From: an uncultured Thermococci archaeon
GTDB lineage: Archaea > CAYQAE01 > CAYVLA01
DNA length: 64,000 bases
Direction: 5' to 3'
Assembly (NCBI GenBank): GCA_964549615.1
Contig: CAZJVP010000011.1
Location: forward strand, 1 to 64,000
Shown: piece after piece, positions 22,492-33,802 of the stretch
How positions within the stretch are numbered: the first letter of the stretch is position 1
How the letters are laid out: each line of letters begins with the position of its first letter
Notes under the pieces: generated by a model
What the model saw: only the letters and a program-made list of their open reading frames with translations
The model's database searches: none
Told to the model about the DNA's origin: nothing
Translations under genes and position numbers: made by a program

Positions 22492-24687
22492 ATGGGCAAG
22501 AGAGAGGAAATGATGCGGAAGATCGGGGAGCTCATGCGCCAGAGGGAGCTCATCCGCAACATCGGGACGGCTGCTCACATAGACCACGGCAAGACAACGC
22601 TAAGCGATAACCTGATAGCGGGCGCCGGCATGATCTCGCCCGAGCTTGCCGGGACGCAGCTGTGGCTTGACTTTGACGAACAGGAACAGGCCAGGGGCAT
22701 AACGATCGATGCAGCAAACGTCTCCATGGTACACGAACTGGAAGGAAAGGAGTACCTCGTCAACCTCATAGACACGCCCGGCCATGTCGACTTCGGCGGG
22801 GACGTGACTAGGGCGATGAGGGCGATCGACGGCGCCATAATCGTCGTCTGCGCGGTCGAGGGGGTTATGCCTCAGACCGAGACCGTGATAAGGCAGGCCA
22901 TGAAGGAGAAGGTCAAGCCGATACTCTTCATCAACAAGGTCGACCGCTTGGTTCGCGAGATCAAGCTGAGTCCCGACGATATGCAGGCGAGGTTCATCAA
23001 GATTATCACGAAGGTGAACAAGCTAATCTCCCAGTTCGGCCCGCCGGAGTTTAAGGATTCCTGGCAGGTCAGCGTGAGCAACGGGTCGGTATGCTTCGGC
23101 TCAGCCGTCAGCAAGTGGGCCATAAGCCTGCCCTATATGCAGAAGACCGGGATCAGTTTCAAGGACGTTATCGAGGCCTGCCAGACCGACGGACAGAAGG
23201 AGCTTGCCAAGAAAGCCCCCCTCCATGCCGTCCTGCTCAACTCCGTGATCAGGAACCTCCCCAGCCCCGTCGAGGCACAGAAATACAGGATACCCCACAT
23301 CTGGAAGGGGGATGTGCAGAGCCAGGTCGGGAAGGACATGATGGAGTGCAACCCAGACGGGATCGCAACGATGGTTGTCACAAGGATACTTGTGGACAAG
23401 CATGCCGGGGAGATCGCGGTGGGAAGGATGTTCAGCGGATCGATAGTGCAGGGGCAGGAGGTATGGATCTGCGGCATCAACCGGAAGGCTAGGGTCCAGC
23501 AGGTGGCCCTTTACATGGGGCCCGAGAGGGTGAATGTGCCGGTGGTCAGCGCCGGGAACATAGTCGCGCTGACCGGGCTGAGGGATGCCATAGCGGGCGA
23601 AACCATCTGCGGAGGAGAGGCTCCGATCACGACCTTCGAGCGGATAAAGCACTACTCGGAGCCCGTCGTAACGGTGGCGATCGAGGCCAAGAGCACGAAG
23701 GATCTGCCCAAGCTCATCGAGGTTCTGCGCGAGATGGCCAAGGAGTACCCCGAGATCGCCGTGGAGATCTCCGAGGAGACCGGCGAGCACCTGCTCTCCG
23801 GTCAAGGCGAGCTTCACCTCGAGATCCTGATCTACAGGATAAGGAAGGACAAGGGAGTGGACGTTGAGACATCGAGGCCGATCGTGATTTACAGGGAGAC
23901 CATCGACAAGCCCTCCCCGCCCATAGAGGGGAAGTCCCCCAACAAACACAACAAGTTCCTGATCTCGGTCGAGCCTCTGGAGGACAACATCTACAACGCG
24001 ATCAAGGAGGGCAAGCTGGCCGAGGGGAGAGTCCGCGGCAAGGAGCTTGCAAGCCAGCTCCAGGAACTGGGCATGGACAAGTATGAGGCGAGGAGGGTCC
24101 TCGACATCTACCAGGGCAACATCCTCATCGATATGACCAGGGGCATAACCTACCTGCCTGAGGTCATAGAGCTCGTGATCCAGGCCTTCGAGGAAGCTGT
24201 CGCGGGCGGTCCTACGTCCAGGGAGAAGGTCATAAAGCTGAAAGTGAAGCTGTTGGACGCCCAGATACACGAGGACCCAGTACACAGGGGCCCCGCGCAG
24301 GTGATACCGGCCGTGAGGAGCGCGATCTTCGCCTGCATGCTGACAGGCGGCGCGGTGATCCTGGAACCGGTGCAGCACGTCTTCATATCCGTTCCCCAAG
24401 AGTTCATGGGCGAGGCTACCAAGGAGATGCAGTCCCGGAGGGGCCAGATCCTGGACATAAGGCAGGAGAACGGAACTGTGATGATACAATCAAAGGCACC
24501 TGTGGCCGAGCTCTTTGGGTTCTCGGGCGCCATAAGGTCGGCTACGGAGGGAAGGGCGTTGTGGACCACCGAGTTTGCCGGCTTCGAGAGGGTTCCTAGG
24601 GATCTGCAGCCTGAGGTCGTGAGGGCGATCCGCGCGAGGAAGGGCTTGAAGGAAGCCCTGCCAAAGGTCAGCGACTTCGTGGGCTAG
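22492..24687 (+). CDS. fusA: Elongation factor 2
   Basis: [23 protein letters not shown], diphthamide loop [11 protein letters not shown]. Confidence 0.98.
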   Translation: MGKREEMMRKIGELMRQRELIRNIGTAAHIDHGKTTLSDNLIAGAGMISPELAGTQLWLDFDEQEQARGITIDAANVSMVHELEGKEYLVNLIDTPGHVDFGGDVTRAMRAIDGAIIVVCAVEGVMPQTETVIRQAMKEKVKPILFINKVDRLVREIKLSPDDMQARFIKIITKVNKLISQFGPPEFKDSWQVSVSNGSVCFGSAVSKWAISLPYMQKTGISFKDVIEACQTDGQKELAKKAPLHAVLLNSVIRNLPSPVEAQKYRIPHIWKGDVQSQVGKDMMECNPDGIATMVVTRILVDKHAGEIAVGRMFSGSIVQGQEVWICGINRKARVQQVALYMGPERVNVPVVSAGNIVALTGLRDAIAGETICGGEAPITTFERIKHYSEPVVTVAIEAKSTKDLPKLIEVLREMAKEYPEIAVEISEETGEHLLSGQGELHLEILIYRIRKDKGVDVETSRPIVIYRETIDKPSPPIEGKSPNKHNKFLISVEPLEDNIYNAIKEGKLAEGRVRGKELASQLQELGMDKYEARRVLDIYQGNILIDMTRGITYLPEVIELVIQAFEEAVAGGPTSREKVIKLKVKLLDAQIHEDPVHRGPAQVIPAVRSAIFACMLTGGAVILEPVQHVFISVPQEFMGEATKEMQSRRGQILDIRQENGTVMIQSKAPVAELFGFSGAIRSATEGRALWTTEFAGFERVPRDLQPEVVRAIRARKGLKEALPKVSDFVG

Positions 24688-24736
24688 GGCCAACGCAGCT
24701 GGCCGCGGTGCGGAGGCGCGGGCTAGGTTTGTTTTG

Positions 24737-24752
24737 AGAAAAGATATTAATA
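24737..24752 (+). promoter_or_regulatory. BRE/TATA promoter upstream of tuf; Shine-Dalgarno GAGGTG at 24781-24786
   Basis: AGAAAAGATATTAATA, with a T-rich stretch (24727-24735) upstream that may terminate the fusA transcript. Confidence 0.6.
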
Positions 24753-24791
24753 GAGAAATGCGGGCACATGCTCGGAACTTGAGGTGTGTAG

Positions 24792-26060
24792 ATGCCAGAG
24801 AAGCCGCATTTGAACCTCGTGACGATCGGTCATGTTGACCATGGCAAGTCCACTCTCGTGGGCCGCCTGTTGGTTGAACACGGGGACGTTCCCGAGTCGG
24901 AGATCAAGAAGTTCGAGGCCATGGGCGAAAAGGGCAAGAGCTTCAAGTATGCGTGGGTCATGGACAGGCTCAAGGAGGAACGCGAGAGGGGCCTGACTAT
25001 CGACCTGATGCACCGGAAGTTCGAATCCAACAAGAACTACTTCACCGTGATCGATGCCCCCGGGCACAGGGACTTCGTCAAGAACATGATCACAGGGGCA
25101 AGCCAGGCCGACGCGGCGTTGTTGGTCGTTGCGGCGGACGAAGGCGTCAACGTGCAGACGAGGGAGCACGCGGCGCTGGCCTTCACCCTTGGGATACAGC
25201 AGATCATCGTCGCCATCAACAAGATGGACAGGGTTGACTTCAAGCAGTCGGTCTATGAGGCGGTCAAGGCGGATGTGATCAAGCTGCTAAAGAGCATCGG
25301 CTACGGGGCTAGGGCCGACCAGTTCCCCTTCATCCCGATCTCGGCCTTTTACGGCCACAACCTAAGCAAGCGTTCGGACCAGATGAAGTGGTACACCGGA
25401 AAGATCATCCTAGAGGCCTTGGATGACTTGGAGCCGCCGAAGAAGGCGATCGACAAGCCGCTGAGGATCCCGGTCCAGGATGTATACACGATCACGGGCG
25501 TGGGAACCGTGCCCGTGGGCAGGGTTGAGTCAGGAATCCTGAAGGCCGGCGATACCGTCATATTCCAGCCCTCCGGTGTGAAGGGCGAGGTCAAGTCCAT
25601 AGAGATGCACCACGTTGGCATCCCGAAGGCCGAGCCAGGCGACAACATCGGGTTCAACGTCAGGGGAGTCGGGCGCAACGATATCCGCAGAGGGGATGTG
25701 GCGGGGCACCTGGACAGTCCCCCGACGGTGGCCAAGGAGTTCATCGGCAAGGTCGTCATCCTGGAGTACCCGACCGCCATAACGGTCGGATATACGCCAG
25801 TTTTCCACTGCCACACAGCGCAGGTCGCTGTGACCTTCACGGAGCTCATACAGACCATGGATCCCAAGACCGGCGCGGTCAAAGAGAAGAACCCGGCCAC
25901 GCTGAAGAAGGGCGACGTCGCGATCTGCAGATTTACTCCGACGAGGCCGCTCGTCATAGAGACGGCTGCCGACATCCCCCAGTTGAGCCGGTTCGCCATC
26001 CGGGACCAGGGACAGACCATCGGGGCGGGCATCTGTACCGAGATCACGCAGAAGGCCTAG
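24792..26060 (+). CDS. tuf: Elongation factor 1-alpha
   Basis: [35 protein letters not shown]. Confidence 0.98.
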   Translation: MPEKPHLNLVTIGHVDHGKSTLVGRLLVEHGDVPESEIKKFEAMGEKGKSFKYAWVMDRLKEERERGLTIDLMHRKFESNKNYFTVIDAPGHRDFVKNMITGASQADAALLVVAADEGVNVQTREHAALAFTLGIQQIIVAINKMDRVDFKQSVYEAVKADVIKLLKSIGYGARADQFPFIPISAFYGHNLSKRSDQMKWYTGKIILEALDDLEPPKKAIDKPLRIPVQDVYTITGVGTVPVGRVESGILKAGDTVIFQPSGVKGEVKSIEMHHVGIPKAEPGDNIGFNVRGVGRNDIRRGDVAGHLDSPPTVAKEFIGKVVILEYPTAITVGYTPVFHCHTAQVAVTFTELIQTMDPKTGAVKEKNPATLKKGDVAICRFTPTRPLVIETAADIPQLSRFAIRDQGQTIGAGICTEITQKA

Positions 26061-26090
26061 GAGCTTTTGGCCTTTCGCCGAGGAGAAGCG

Positions 26091-26405
26091 ATGCAGAAGG
26101 CAAGGATAAAGCTCATAGGCACATCTCCCACCAAGCTGGAGGACGTCTGCGGCCAGGTGAAGCTGATCGCCGAGCGCACGGGCGTCAACATATCGGGGCC
26201 CATACCCCTCCCAACGAGGCACCTCACCGTGCCGGTTAGGAAGTCGCCCGACGGCAGGGGGACGGCGACGTGGGAGACGTGGTCCATGCGGGTGCACCGC
26301 AGGCTGATCGACATCGACGCGGATGAGAGGGTAATGCGCCAGATCATGCGGGTCAAGGTGCCGGAGAGCGAGGTAAGCATCGAGATCGAGCTCATCGAGG
26401 TCTGA
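26091..26405 (+). CDS. rps10: 30S ribosomal protein S10 (uS10)
   Basis: [32 protein letters not shown]. Confidence 0.97.
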   Translation: MQKARIKLIGTSPTKLEDVCGQVKLIAERTGVNISGPIPLPTRHLTVPVRKSPDGRGTATWETWSMRVHRRLIDIDADERVMRQIMRVKVPESEVSIEIELIEV

Positions 26406-26452
26406 TTGCTCCTACACAACACATTTCTTTGCTTGCTGGCCGCCCAACCTGC

Positions 26453-26557
26453 GCCGGGGTGGCAGAGCGGCTAATGCGCTGGACCTCTCCTTGAGGGGTG
26501 AGCCTTGAGAGCCGGTGCCCCTCGTGGGGCTCGAGGGTTCAAGTCCTTCCCCCGGCG
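26453..26557 (+). tRNA. tRNA-Ser (TGA) with a 20-nt intron (26483-26502) at position 30/31
   Basis: GCCGGGG acceptor, long variable arm, CT TGA GA loop; removing ACCTCTCCTTGAGGGGTGAG restores the CTGGC/GCCGG stem. Confidence 0.92.
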
Positions 26558-27031
26558 CTCTCGGGTCTGGCCCACAAGATGTCCAAGTTCGTCGCTGCGT
26601 TGAGCGCGGTACTTCAGGACCTCATGGCGAGCAGACCCCGCATATGTTGGGAGAGAAGGCAGCGGTGTTGTACAACGCTGCGTTTGGCGAGGGCTGAGTG
26701 CCATTCCATGACCGCCGATCGGCCCAGCGTAGCCTTTGAGCATCTAGGTGCAGGCTCGAGATGATGTCTGGAAAGGCGAATCTTGACTATCCGTGGAAAG
26801 CGAGTGGCGCGACTCAAAGGATGCGGCGCGCGCGAGCCGGGGCCCTTCAGCTCTGCTGGATTGGGGGTTCAAGTCACAAGCGGCTGGCATGGGAGCGGCT
26901 TCTCTTGTTGAGCGCTCTGGATCCGGCAGCCCTTTCGGATGTTGACCAGCCGCCTTTCCCGCGCGTCGGATTGATGGATCCCCGTGTTGCGATGCGGCCA
27001 AGACGCTTCTAACCTAGCAGACGCAGGCAAC

Positions 27032-28177
27032 CTAGAGCAGCCATTTGCTCCTAGGATCTAGCTCGCCTGCGATCACCATCTTGCGGAAGTCCTCCGTGAT
27101 GTGCGCGACGTATATCTGGGGGACCCCGGTGCGATCCGAGCGGAAGACGCAAAGGCTTCCATCCTGCGAGAGGGCCGGATGCGGGTGGCCGAACTCGTAA
27201 TGGTCCTGGGTCGCCCCGGGATGGCAAAGCGGCGCGAAATGGGCGGACGGGACGTGGATAAGCTGCAGGCCCTGGTCGGGCCAGTTCGTGTCGGCAACGA
27301 TCCACTCGCCGTCCCACGACGCGGCGGAATGCCAGAAGTATGGGCCCTGGACCAATCTTTTCGGTTCGCTGCCCTTCTCTGCAATCCAGATGCATCTTTC
27401 GGGTGGCTTGCCGCACCCTTGGACCTCCAGATGCCTGCCCAGCAGCGTGGCATGGGCATACATCTCGGGGCAGAGATACTCAAGCTCCTTGCCGTCCTCG
27501 TCGGTAATCCACTTCCCTGCTAGCTGCCCCAGGTTCGTCACAAAGCGGGAACCGTCGCTCCGCACGACCGTCCCCCACTCGACCTTCCCTTTGGTCACGA
27601 CCAGCCTAGGGCCCGTCGGGTCGCATGCGAAAAGGTGTCCGTCGATCGCGATGTCTTCGATTCCAGACGCCTCGAGGTCGACGCGCAAGACGCCCTGCCT
27701 CGTTGGCGCGCTGTAAGGGATGAAGAGCCGCCTGCCATCTGCGGAGATGTGAAGGTTGTTCGCAACGGCCCTTTGCGGCCAATGCCCATCGAGCGAAGAC
27801 AATTCCTCGGTTTCACCCGTCTCGACATCCACCGTGCAAAGCTCCTGTTCCCAGACGCAGTAGATGGTCCGGCCGTCCAAGGTAAGCCGGGCGGCAGGAC
27901 GACCGTAGTAACCGCCCGCCTCCATCCGATCACCGCGCTCGGTGAGCTGGAAGAGATTCAGGCCGTCGGTGTCGGCCCGGAATATGTCCCAAGGCGCGTC
28001 CCGCGCTGCAAATCGTTGGCAGAAGAAGACGACCCGCCGGTTATCCGGCGTGATGGAGGGCCAGTCGTAGAGAAAGGGGGCGGACGGAAGCGGATAGCTC
28101 GTGAGTTGGATGACCTTCACGCCGGTCTTCGGATCGACCCTCTGTATCCTTTCGCTGGCAAGGGGGGTCCGCAACAT
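27032..28177 (-). CDS. Oligogalacturonate lyase-like / TolB-type beta-propeller
   Basis: DPKTGVKVIQLT N-terminus, FWH, HPHPALSQDG..VFRSDRTGVPQIY. Confidence 0.75.
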   Translation of the reverse strand: MLRTPLASERIQRVDPKTGVKVIQLTSYPLPSAPFLYDWPSITPDNRRVVFFCQRFAARDAPWDIFRADTDGLNLFQLTERGDRMEAGGYYGRPAARLTLDGRTIYCVWEQELCTVDVETGETEELSSLDGHWPQRAVANNLHISADGRRLFIPYSAPTRQGVLRVDLEASGIEDIAIDGHLFACDPTGPRLVVTKGKVEWGTVVRSDGSRFVTNLGQLAGKWITDEDGKELEYLCPEMYAHATLLGRHLEVQGCGKPPERCIWIAEKGSEPKRLVQGPYFWHSAASWDGEWIVADTNWPDQGLQLIHVPSAHFAPLCHPGATQDHYEFGHPHPALSQDGSLCVFRSDRTGVPQIYVAHITEDFRKMVIAGELDPRSKWLL

Positions 28178-28351
28178 GCTAGCATCTCCCCCTGGGAACC
28201 GCGACCGCCAGATATAAAGCCTCTCGACTGATCCAGGGGTAGAAATGGGACGCGGTGATTGCAGGTATCGGGGCGAGGCGCAGCCGGCCACGGGCTGGAT
28301 CTAAATACTTTAGCATCAGATCTTGATTTCAAATTCTTTTGGTGGACTGAC

Positions 28352-29650
28352 TCATGGAACCGCGATCGCTGGTTCCTTGGGAGAAACGCCGTCGGGGTCA
28401 TTGACAAAGGCCCCTGACGGGGCCGGAACCGGCCCCTTGAGAAGCGGGTCGTCCGTTCGACCCATCCAATTTTCCAGTCGGCCACGCATCTCATTCAGGA
28501 TCGGCTCCGCTTCCGGGTCGCGGGCCAGGTTGTTGGTCTCGTCAGGGTCGAAGATTAGGTCATAGAGCTGTTCGGTGGCGACATAGCGCTGGCGCCACCC
28601 GTGCTGCAGCAGAAAATCCTTGGTCGGCGAGTGATCGCAGTTGGGAAGCACCGGCCTGTTCCGTCGGTCGAACCTGCGGATGTACTTCCAACGCCGCGTG
28701 CGTACCGCCCGCTGGGGCTCGTAGGCAGCATGGTACGTGATCTCGGCGAAGACCTGCTCGTTTATCTCCTTCACCTCCCCCCGAAGCAGGGGCAAGATCG
28801 ACCGGCCTTCGAGCCATGCGGGATGCCGAATTCCCACCAAGTCGCAGATCGTCGGGAAGAGGTCGATCTGCGAGACCATGGCGTCGATCACCCTCCCTCC
28901 CCCGAACGCGCCGGGCCCGCGCATGATGAGCATCACCCCGATCCCTTGATCGGTCAGGTTGCATTTCATGCCAGGGAAGGCGATCCCGTGGTCGGTGGTA
29001 CATATGACTAGGGTGTCGTCGGCAAGGCCCGAATCCTCGAGGCTGTCGAGGACCTGGCCTACCCCCTGGTCAAGGTCCCGAACGCTTGCCCTAAGCCCGG
29101 CCACGTCCAAGCGGACCTCCGGAGCATCCGGCAGGGGGTGAGGCGGAAGGACCCAACGCTCGTCCCCGGCGGCAGGCGCGGGGAACGGGCGGTGCGTCTC
29201 GGAGAACCCGACCGAGAGGAAGAAGGGCTGGGGAGGTTTTCCCAGGATGTACTCGGCCGCCGCCGGTGCGACGTGCTCGGCGCGTTTGGATCTAACCTCA
29301 ACGATGCGATCGTAGCCGATGATGGATGGATCCCTGGCGATGTGTTGCACGCCGATCAACGTCGAGCTGTATCCAGCCTCCCTCAAAACGTGGACGATGT
29401 GCCGGCCATAGTCCTTCAGGCGGAATCCCCTATGTGCGAGGCCGATCATTCCGCTTCCGTGGGCGGACTGGCCCGTCAACATGGCCGCGCGGCTTGGTGA
29501 ACAGGTTGGAGCGGCGCAGAATGCTTGGCGGAAAAGGATTCCTTCCTCGGCCAGGCGCTGGATATTGGGCGACGCCACTGCGTGGCCGTAGGGCTCGACG
29601 AATCGGCCGGTATCATGCGAGTGTAGGTAGAGGATGTTGGGAGCTTTCAT
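28352..29650 (-). CDS. Formylglycine-dependent sulfatase (sulfamidase-like subfamily)
   Basis: PNILYL, CSPSRAAMLTG, TTDHG, EQLYDL..DPDE.NNLA. Confidence 0.93.
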   Translation of the reverse strand: MKAPNILYLHSHDTGRFVEPYGHAVASPNIQRLAEEGILFRQAFCAAPTCSPSRAAMLTGQSAHGSGMIGLAHRGFRLKDYGRHIVHVLREAGYSSTLIGVQHIARDPSIIGYDRIVEVRSKRAEHVAPAAAEYILGKPPQPFFLSVGFSETHRPFPAPAAGDERWVLPPHPLPDAPEVRLDVAGLRASVRDLDQGVGQVLDSLEDSGLADDTLVICTTDHGIAFPGMKCNLTDQGIGVMLIMRGPGAFGGGRVIDAMVSQIDLFPTICDLVGIRHPAWLEGRSILPLLRGEVKEINEQVFAEITYHAAYEPQRAVRTRRWKYIRRFDRRNRPVLPNCDHSPTKDFLLQHGWRQRYVATEQLYDLIFDPDETNNLARDPEAEPILNEMRGRLENWMGRTDDPLLKGPVPAPSGAFVNDPDGVSPKEPAIAVP

Positions 29651-29873
29651 CGACGCTCGCCGCCTCTCGGGCGGCCACGGCACTATGCTTAAGTGTTCTC
29701 GTTTATCCTGGGCCCTTGCAGCGTTGTAGATCCGAGGGTTCCACAGCGGGCAACTGGATTTGCAAAGGTGCCTCTACACGATGGTCGGGCAGGGGCAGGT
29801 CCCATGACGCCTTGGGCTGTGGAAAAAATGGTTGGCATGGCCCTAGGAGATGGCCGGATGAAACGTGCTGAGG

Positions 29874-31040
29874 CTAGACTCCCTCGTTGCGCCACAGGTG
29901 GAAGCTGACCGGTAGCAGTGGCTTGATGAAGCGAGCCGGCCGGGGAAGCGATCCAACGTCCGCCGGCGAAACGGGGCCGAAAAGGAGGCGAACCATCTTC
30001 CTTTCGGGGATGGGAACTGCCCTCCCGCTGGTCCTGACGCGATCAAGGGAGATGCCATCGCTTGAGAAGGCCAGCTCGACGCCCGTCTCCGCCCCTTCAA
30101 GCGCAAGGACTATGCTCGTCTCAAGCCCGAGGCCCAGGCCCTCGTACGCCGAGGCAAGCTGGTAAGAGAAGGCGTCCAGCGCTCGATACAGATCGAGTAT
30201 CTTGATCATCCTAAGACAGCCGAGGCTCCAACTTTGGCTGAGCTGGCGCAGCCTGGCGTTCAGGGGATGGAACCACGGCATGGAGACATTCACCGATCCT
30301 AGGCAGAGCAAGCGGACCAGATGGTCGAGGATGGCGTGAAAGCCGTCCGCATCGCCCGCCAGTTCGTCCACCCGCAGCCCATTCTCCTGCCTGAACACGA
30401 CCGCGTAGGATCGTATCGAGCCGTCCCTTCTCGCAATCCACGCCTCCTTTCCCGATCTGTTGAGCAGGATGGCGTGAAGGTCACGGTCCCGCTTCAACCC
30501 GATCCGGTGGCGGTTGTGGAGACGGAGGGTGGCTTCGATCTCGTCGGACGAGCCCGCGCACGGCTCGACCTCGAATCCGGATGGCCTCGGTGAGGGCTGC
30601 AGGGACCGGGGAGTGATGTTGAACTGCCAAGTCCTCCCCGCGAGCTCATACCCTAAACGACCGTATCGCTGCCTGTCCCCCTCAAGGTCCGACAGCGCAT
30701 AGCCCTCGCGTTTCGCCCGATCGATGCACAGGTGCATGAGCCGGGTCATGAGCCCGCCGCCCCGGTATTCAGGATCGGTGGCAACCCAGCCTATCCCTGC
30801 ACTGCGAATCGTGCGCCTGCCGACCATGATCGCCCGGTCGACCGAAGCCAGATGGCTAACCACCCTCGACCCGTCCTTGACGACGAGGGAGCCTTTCAAT
30901 ACCCGGTCGCAGTATGGGCCATTGAAGGTTGGCGGGGCAAGATCTCTATCGCCGGGGAAACACTTCCTCAGAAGTGCGACGAGCGAGTCGCGATCTTGGG
31001 CATCCGGAAGGGTTGGTCCCTGAAGATTTGCTTTGAGCAC
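29874..31040 (-). CDS. Eis-like GNAT acetyltransferase; start uncertain
   Basis: GIGWVATDPEYRGGGLM motif A, YGRLGYE, length fits tandem GNAT plus SCP2-like tail. Confidence 0.8.
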   Translation of the reverse strand: MLKANLQGPTLPDAQDRDSLVALLRKCFPGDRDLAPPTFNGPYCDRVLKGSLVVKDGSRVVSHLASVDRAIMVGRRTIRSAGIGWVATDPEYRGGGLMTRLMHLCIDRAKREGYALSDLEGDRQRYGRLGYELAGRTWQFNITPRSLQPSPRPSGFEVEPCAGSSDEIEATLRLHNRHRIGLKRDRDLHAILLNRSGKEAWIARRDGSIRSYAVVFRQENGLRVDELAGDADGFHAILDHLVRLLCLGSVNVSMPWFHPLNARLRQLSQSWSLGCLRMIKILDLYRALDAFSYQLASAYEGLGLGLETSIVLALEGAETGVELAFSSDGISLDRVRTSGRAVPIPERKMVRLLFGPVSPADVGSLPRPARFIKPLLPVSFHLWRNEGV

Positions 31041-31206
31041 GGCTGGGTGGTCAAGGACGGTCCTGAAAGCTTTTCGTGAAGATCCACGAAGGGTCAGACC
31101 GCCAGCGTCGGAGGCGAGGCGGGCGGGCTTCGCTCGGCCACCGGTCGCACGGCGCAATGGAAAGCATTATCTTCTTGGCCCTCCGCGGAGTGGCGGAGCT
31201 GATGCG

Positions 31207-31386
31207 ATGGTTGCCGTGCCGTACTGTTTCAAGTGCAGCCTGAAGATCGATCCGAAGAAGGATCGGTGCCCCAACTGCGGCGGACCGGTCAGGTTCAAGT
31301 TCATCCGCGGCGGACAGGAGTCGGTGACCGGTAGGGAGGAACGCAAGACCACCGGAGAGTACATCCGACCTCGCGCAAGTAAATAG
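31207..31386 (+). CDS. Small zinc-ribbon protein
   Basis: YCFKC...RCPNCG; GGAG Shine-Dalgarno-like site upstream. Confidence 0.65.
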   Translation: MVAVPYCFKCSLKIDPKKDRCPNCGGPVRFKFIRGGQESVTGREERKTTGEYIRPRASK

Positions 31387-31507
31387 GATGGGCGGCCGAA
31401 GCGGGTCGGCCCCCATCCCTGACGCTGTTCTTCGAGGGCGCGGTGCGCCCAACTCACTACGTGACGTAAGAAAACCTATTCCGAACGCATTCAAGGAGGT
31501 GTGAAGA

Positions 31508-31729
31508 ATGGTGGAACTGACGCCGATCGAACAGGTAGTCATCAAGACGCTTCAGAACCTCGGTGCCACGGACGAGTCAAAGATGAAGACCGCCGAAGAG
31601 GTAGAGAAGAAGTCGGACAAGCCAAAGGGACAGATCAACGCCGCACTGATGAGCCTGGTGAACAAGGGACTGGTCAAGAGGAAGGTCAGGGAGAAAGCTG
31701 CTGGGTACTACCTGATCAAGCAGGCCTAG
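31508..31729 (+). CDS. Small basic winged-helix protein (73 aa)
   Basis: Strong SD GGAGGTG; wHTH pattern KTAEEV..PKGQINAALMSLVNKGLVKR...YYL. Confidence 0.85.
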   Translation: MVELTPIEQVVIKTLQNLGATDESKMKTAEEVEKKSDKPKGQINAALMSLVNKGLVKRKVREKAAGYYLIKQA

Positions 31730-32129
31730 CTGATTGTCGCCGCAAGGACCTGCACCCCCCCCTTCGCGACGTGGCTTGTCGGGCAATCTCGTCGGGAGGA
31801 CGCGGGTGTAGCAGCTTGCACGGCTGGACTCCGATCCGGCCGTCCATTGCGCACGGAAGCGTCGGTTCCGCCGTGCTGCCAGGATCTACCTTCTCTTTTT
31901 TTCTTCCTACCAACTTCTTTTGCCCAAGAACTGTGGTTTCGGTTCGTCGTCGCGATCCCTTTGTCCGAGCCGCCCAGCCCAATCCCAACGCCGGGCGAGG
32001 GCGGCCGTGGGCTGGGGAACGGAGATCCTGAAGAAGTACGAATCTTACGAATCGAATGGCGGGCCAGATTATCGGCCCGTCCATGGAAGCGTGGGGGCTG
32101 CTGCAGTCCCCTACGACAAGCCACGAAGG

Positions 32130-33413
32130 TCATAGGCCAAGCCGCGTTGTGGCTACCTCGCGGTAGAGCCTGCGGCTCACCATCAAGGCCCAGATCACAA
32201 GGCCGCACGTGAGAAGCGTGCCGCTGACGGCCAGCCATTCCGTCACGTAGATCCAGAAGAGCGCCCTGTCCTTCAGTCTCATGGCGTCGTCCTTCAGGCT
32301 TGCTAACGCCGACATCGCCGATTCCATGATCTCTGCTGCATCTGCAAATTCGTAGGCCCGGTACCTCCCATACGATTCCAACCTGAGCTTGTCCGTCTCC
32401 TGCATCCGCAGGTATACGCCCTGCGTGTTGGCCCCGAAACTATCGGCGAAGTCAAGCAGGCTGATGAGCAGCCATCTCTCCACGTTGTAGAAGGAATAGA
32501 GCATGCGCAGGTTGTGTAGCTCGAACGCGTTCTCGGGCAACGGGGCACCCGCCGAGTGAAGGAGGATGTTGATGAAAAGATCGCCCGCGTACTCGTTCTC
32601 AAACTCGCTTCGCAAGAAGATCGGTGACCACCAGGAGGAATCGAGGTCGTCGGCGACGACCCAGAAGATCCCGCCAGCCGGCCCCACCCTCCATGAAACG
32701 AGCCAGTCGCTCTCCTTGCCAAGGCCTAGCGTGATGCCCTTCGATGGAAGTCCCACCACCCTCAATTTGGCCCACACGGTCGCCCCGATCCGCGTCGTGA
32801 GGTAGGTAAAGGCGGTGGATCCCTTAACCCTCTCTATGCCGAGGGGGACGAACATCGATAGCACCGGAGGGTCGTGGTTGACGACCCTTATGCTGAAGAC
32901 TGATCTGTCCTGCTTCATTCCGGCGTTGAGCTCGACGGGCAGTATCTCCCTGAGAGCCGAGTTTGCCCAACCGGGGTAGGCCGACCCGGAGGAGCTCGAT
33001 AGGTCGCCTCCCATCGTCACAAGACCTCCCAGACCGCTCTCCAAAGCATACCTCATGTCGGATATCTGGGATGGGGTGAACGGGTCGAGGTTTCCGTCGG
33101 GGAAAACGAAGAAGTCGATCTCCTTGACCAAGGACTCCCTGGTCCTGGGAAAGTATATCCGGACGTATCTCTGAGCATCCGTGATGCCGAACCTCCCCAC
33201 GCTATCTGCGTCCGTTGGGATGAGCACGAAGTCCGTGAGGGGGTCGGCGCCAAGCCACAGGGGTATGGGCGACTCTCCCGGCAGGACCTGTCCTATGGCC
33301 AGGACGCGAAGCCGTCCCTCACCGAGGGCGGATGGCGAGGCAAGAGAGATCGTTACCAGCGCCAGACATATGCGTTGCCAAGTCTGCCTATGCAGGATCA
33401 AACGCGGGAGCAA
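32130..33413 (-). CDS. Surface-protein paralogue 2 (signal peptide, GATase-like head, helical stalk, C-terminal TM)
   Basis: RIYFPRT, GLGGLVTMGG, FADSFGANT, LFWIYVTEW, WALMVSRRLYREVATTR. Confidence 0.88.
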   Translation of the reverse strand: MLPRLILHRQTWQRICLALVTISLASPSALGEGRLRVLAIGQVLPGESPIPLWLGADPLTDFVLIPTDADSVGRFGITDAQRYVRIYFPRTRESLVKEIDFFVFPDGNLDPFTPSQISDMRYALESGLGGLVTMGGDLSSSSGSAYPGWANSALREILPVELNAGMKQDRSVFSIRVVNHDPPVLSMFVPLGIERVKGSTAFTYLTTRIGATVWAKLRVVGLPSKGITLGLGKESDWLVSWRVGPAGGIFWVVADDLDSSWWSPIFLRSEFENEYAGDLFINILLHSAGAPLPENAFELHNLRMLYSFYNVERWLLISLLDFADSFGANTQGVYLRMQETDKLRLESYGRYRAYEFADAAEIMESAMSALASLKDDAMRLKDRALFWIYVTEWLAVSGTLLTCGLVIWALMVSRRLYREVATTRLGL

Positions 33414-33802
33414 TCTTCCTAGCGCTCATGATAGGCCTGTAATATCTTTCGCATCATACATCGGGGGCAGGCCTTGACTCATTCGCTGGCGGGGCAATCA
33501 TGGCAGGGTGACGGACGGCATCTCACGATCGGTCGCGCCCCCGCCGAGATCTGGGCGGCTCTGCGCCGCGCGCTAGTCTGAACCGTGACCGAAGCGGGCG
33601 CATGGTTGGGCCCCCAGAAGCTGAGGGTAGGATGTGCTGCTTCCTTGCATGCGCCGGGTCTTACGCTTCTCGTCCAGACGGCATGGCTGTTGAAACTTGG
33701 AGAATCCACCCCTGGCGCATATCTCGCCTCGGCCTTCTGCGGCGGGGGTGGTTCAGTCGCTTGAGCTCGCGGACCACAGGCTCCTGTACAACCTCGTTTC
33801 AT

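Noticed and set aside
23101-24489. Long antisense ORFs (462 aa here; also 41382-42710, 15133-16023, 38154-39230, 60215-61294)
   Set aside because: Shadow frames opposite genuine high-GC genes; no motifs
26865-26875. GGGTTCAAGTC matching the tRNA-Ser T arm as a possible att site
   Set aside because: Only 11 bp, does not extend to the tRNA 3' end, and there is no integrase; compatible with chance
31207-31386. Zinc ribbon as RNA polymerase subunit RpoP
   Set aside because: Cys spacing is compatible, but it lacks the typical C-terminal RpoP pattern and the usual L37Ae context; left as a generic zinc ribbon
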